In this document: in pieces, positions 60,786-64,000 of the stretch
How positions within the stretch are numbered: position 1 is the stretch's first letter
How the letters are laid out: every line of letters begins with the position of its first letter
The notes under the pieces: generated by a model
Database searches by the model: none
Told to the model about the DNA's origin: nothing
The model's input: only the letters and a program-made list of their open reading frames with translations
Origin: Scyliorhinus canicula
Lineage: Eukaryota
Reading direction: 5' to 3'
Length of the DNA stretch: 64,000 nt
NCBI RefSeq assembly: GCF_902713615.1
Contig: NC_052162.1
Coordinates: forward strand, 133,386,653-133,450,652
Position numbers and translations under genes: made by a program

Positions 60786-61684
60786 CGGGAGAGGCAGAAC
60801 GGGACCAGGAAAATGAAGACAGTGGATTCAGATTAGACTAGAGCAGGGATTGAGGCAGCTCCGTTTCTGCTGCCTGGCCTCCGACAGAATTACTCGATTC
60901 GTCTTTCAAACCCCGCCTCTTCTAAACAGCACGCTTTTTCGTCAATTTTCAAATTTTCTCACATTCCATTCTAAAAGTTACTATAGAATTTACTTCTGCC
61001 CATCCCAGTGGACTCAGCCTTCCAGGGATTCACAAACCGCCGAGTTATAATTTATTCTAACTTCTTCATCGCCTTTTCCCCTCCTGAACTAGGCGCTTGT
61101 GTTTTCCAATGTGCCAGCGGAAACTGTAACGTGCGGCCAACTCTAATAAAACCCCACCGTTTTCAGCACCTGTCCTTTTCCTTCTTTGATATCAGCAGAT
61201 GAAGTTGGTGTCACAGTTCCCACCTCTGAGCCAGAAGCTGCGGTTTCAAGTCCCACGGCCGAACCTTGTGGCTACGTAAGGTGATTTGAGGGGATACTAG
61301 AGCCTTTCCCATCACGATCCATAGCTCCAGGCAATAGCACGAATAGAAGTGAATGTTGCCACAGTAATTCGGACTGCTCAGTGGGTGGAGGGTTTGAACG
61401 GAGCAGCACAGTGCCAGTTTCCATTTCGGGCTGCACTAGATTTGGGACTTGCCTCGTTTTGTCGTGGCGAGGCCTGTTTAGCTCAGTTGGCTGAACAGCG
61501 CGGGTTCAATTCCCCTACCGGCTGAGGTTATTCAGAAAGACCCCGCCTTCTCAACCACGCCTGGTGTGGTGATCCTCAGGTTAAATCACCAATTAAAAAA
61601 AGTGCTGATTTCATATCATTTGTGGCTGAACTTGTAAGGGCTTCAATTTAGATTTCTGGGAGACGTTGTCTATTATTTGTGTCT

Positions 61685-61925
61685 GCCCGGATCACAGTGG
61701 TTAGCACTGTGGCTTCACAGCGCCAGGATCCCAGGTTCGATTCCCAGCTTGGGTCACTGTCTGCGCGGAGTCTGCACGTTCTCCCTGCCTCTGCGTGGGT
61801 TTCCTCCCGATGCTCCGGAATTCTGCCTCAGCGTGCCCGAACAGGAGCCGGAATGTGGCGACTAAGGAATTTTCACTGTAAATTTATTGCAGTGTTAATA
61901 TAATACTACTTGTGACAATAATAAA
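61685..61925 (+). mobile_element. Hybrid SINE (internally deleted)
   Basis: V-SINE head joined to the second-family tail. Confidence 0.75.
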
Positions 61926-62019
61926 AAATATTATTATTATATTTCTGCTCTGATATGTAAACCGGTAAACCGGAAATGTACTCAGTCGTCCCATTCTTAA
62001 CAGGATTGCACAGAAACCA

Positions 62020-62033
62020 CCAGAAGAGGGCGC
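62020..62033 (+). promoter_or_regulatory. CTCF motif
   Basis: CCAGAAGAGGGCGC, one mismatch to the consensus. Confidence 0.6.
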
Positions 62034-63757
62034 CACGATCAAACATGCGCATCACAAAGTCACGTGAGACTAACGCCAATGCCAATAGGAATGGCGGCCT
62101 GACTAAGGTCACAATGGGCCTGCAGTGTGTGGGTGGAGATGATCTGAACAGAGTCTGGGTTCTCTCTCTTCTCCTCAATGCCGGCACATCATCCCAATTC
62201 ACTGAGACTGAGTTAGTCAGACATGTTTCCCTTAATACCGGCCCCGCTGTTCATGGAGACAGTTTAGCAGACTGATGCCAAACATTCGGTTGGTAGTACG
62301 GAACTTGCACGAGGAAGTGTAATACGAATTACGAGGACAATCACTGTATAATTGTCAGTCCGGCACGCAGGGCGGTGGATCTGCTGTTTTGAACGCTACA
62401 CATATTAATGCATAATGCCTTGTTCTGTTCAGACAGAGATGCCCAATACACACCTTGCTCCTTTTTGAGCTGAACAAATAACTTGCAGACATTCGTGGAA
62501 GCATTCCTCAGGGCAAAGTCTTGACCAATCTTGGTCATGCTGTCTGGTTTAAATTTCAAACAGTTCTTGGCAGTTAACTGTCAGTCACTGATGCATTCTC
62601 CATGCCAACGCCTCGACTAATCAGAGTCTACTTGCCAAACAATCAGCATACTTGTCATGTGGTGTACATTGTTGTTTCCATTTACAGCAGTGTTCTTGCG
62701 AAGTATCCGGATGAGTGCAAGACGAGAGGTTCTATATGTATACGATACATATACCTACAGATCAGTCTAATTTAATCATGTTTAACATTGTGCTCATTTG
62801 CTGCTCTACATTCGTCCACAGACTATTTACAGATCCAACACCTCATTCTCAGAAGGCAGTAACTTTGTCTGAAGGAGTAGATTGCGAACATATAGCCCAA
62901 GGTAATTACAACTTGCACTGATATCGACAGGAACCGGCAGACTCTCCAAAATGGATTAACTGAAATGCAAAAGGATTTAATGGAGAATTAATCTGCGGAC
63001 AATGTCTGGCGACGGCTGACAAGTTCAAAACATCTTATTATTAGACAGAGTGCCTCATGACCATGCAGTGAGGCACAGCATCAGAGGAAAGCCAAGACTC
63101 TGCAGCAATTCAAGCGATTACTTACAGCTGCACTCGGTATTATTTATCTGCGGAGTTGGTTTCATTCCAGACCCACGAAGGACAAATACTGTCAGGTTTC
63201 TACACCAGGCAGACGTACTGCTTTCTTTTTTTTGTCCCAAAGAATAGGGAAGCGGCCTGGGAAATCTTGTGTCTGATTTCCATGTTCTGAGCTGTATTGT
63301 CTTAGTCAATATCTCGGAGCTTCTCCAGGGGAATGATGGAGCAATGCATGTAGAGAAAGCTCTAGCTGAACACGATGGGCCGTCCTTCCATAAACAGTAA
63401 CTCAGGCAGATTGGGGAAAATGTGTGCGCTGTAACAATAACATAGAAGAGATAAAAAATCCCTGATTCAACATGAGACGTCCAATCACATTTTAAACACA
63501 GACTCACCGAGGAGCAGGACAATTGTTATTAACACGGAGAACATGCGGAGTATATGGTGTCTGCTTTAGAATTGGACAGACAACCAGACAATTCTCAAAG
63601 TAATGTTGAGCCTTCCTGTCTCTTATTTCAGAGAAAACTAAGATTCGAGGCACGATTTACCAACTGGTGATGGAGAGACGTTTACCGTTGAATTTTACAA
63701 AATTCCTGATGCTCTGGTAATGGGATATGTTACAAATGGTCAGGATGACAGCGGACA

Positions 63758-63796
63758 GGTTTCTGCATGATCCAGACTGATCTTTGCTACAATGTG
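63758..63796 (-). other. V recombination signal (23-RSS, variant)
   Basis: CACATTG, 23 bp spacer, GCAGAAACC. Confidence 0.75.
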
Positions 63797-64000
63797 TCTC
63801 TACTGCACAGAACTAGATGGCGGTGTCTTTCACTCGAGTGCCGCTAATATTCAGAGCGCTGCGTTTCTAAGCAGCAAGGAACTGAGCCGTATTCCTGTTC
63901 TGATCGCTGGACCCGAACTCCAGGTCCGGTCTGAGTATTGTCTGTACCAGTGTAGGATCAGTGTGGCTGTTGTGGTCGAACAGGTTAATGAATACCGAGT
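63797..64000 (-). pseudogene. TRAV/TRDV: TCR V pseudogene, cut by the window edge
   Basis: CSTTTATLILHWYRQYSDR; after a frameshift, LNISGTRVKDTAI*FCAVE (TAG in place of Tyr). Confidence 0.82.

Overview
Vertebrate genomic DNA, very likely a shark (inferred from HE1/V-SINE-type SINEs, CR1 and Penelope repeats, and a shark-type GPR139-like gene); there is nothing prokaryotic and no CRISPR. Left part (1-37 kb): repeat-rich, with the main coding exon of a GPR139/GPR142-like GPCR (+), one intact P2Y/LPAR-type class A GPCR (-) and two decayed paralogs of it. Right part (38-64 kb): an array of seven T-cell receptor alpha/delta V gene segments. Three are intact and four are pseudogenes. All carry a CAC-heptamer RSS; the spacer is 23 bp in the six where the nonamer can be recognised. 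Five face left (-) and two face right (+). No D, J or C segment was found. Inside the V array is a small duplicated tRNA cluster: Val, Arg, Val with a T-loop deletion, and two tRNA-Pro(CGG) genes with an 18-nt insert at the canonical intron position. One Pro gene is preceded by 10 perfect 19-bp repeats built from its own 5' end. Three strong co-oriented CTCF motifs and shared CRE/AP-1+ETS promoter motifs lie among the V segments. All coordinates and alignments were read by eye; repeat boundaries are approximate and TE family names are provisional.
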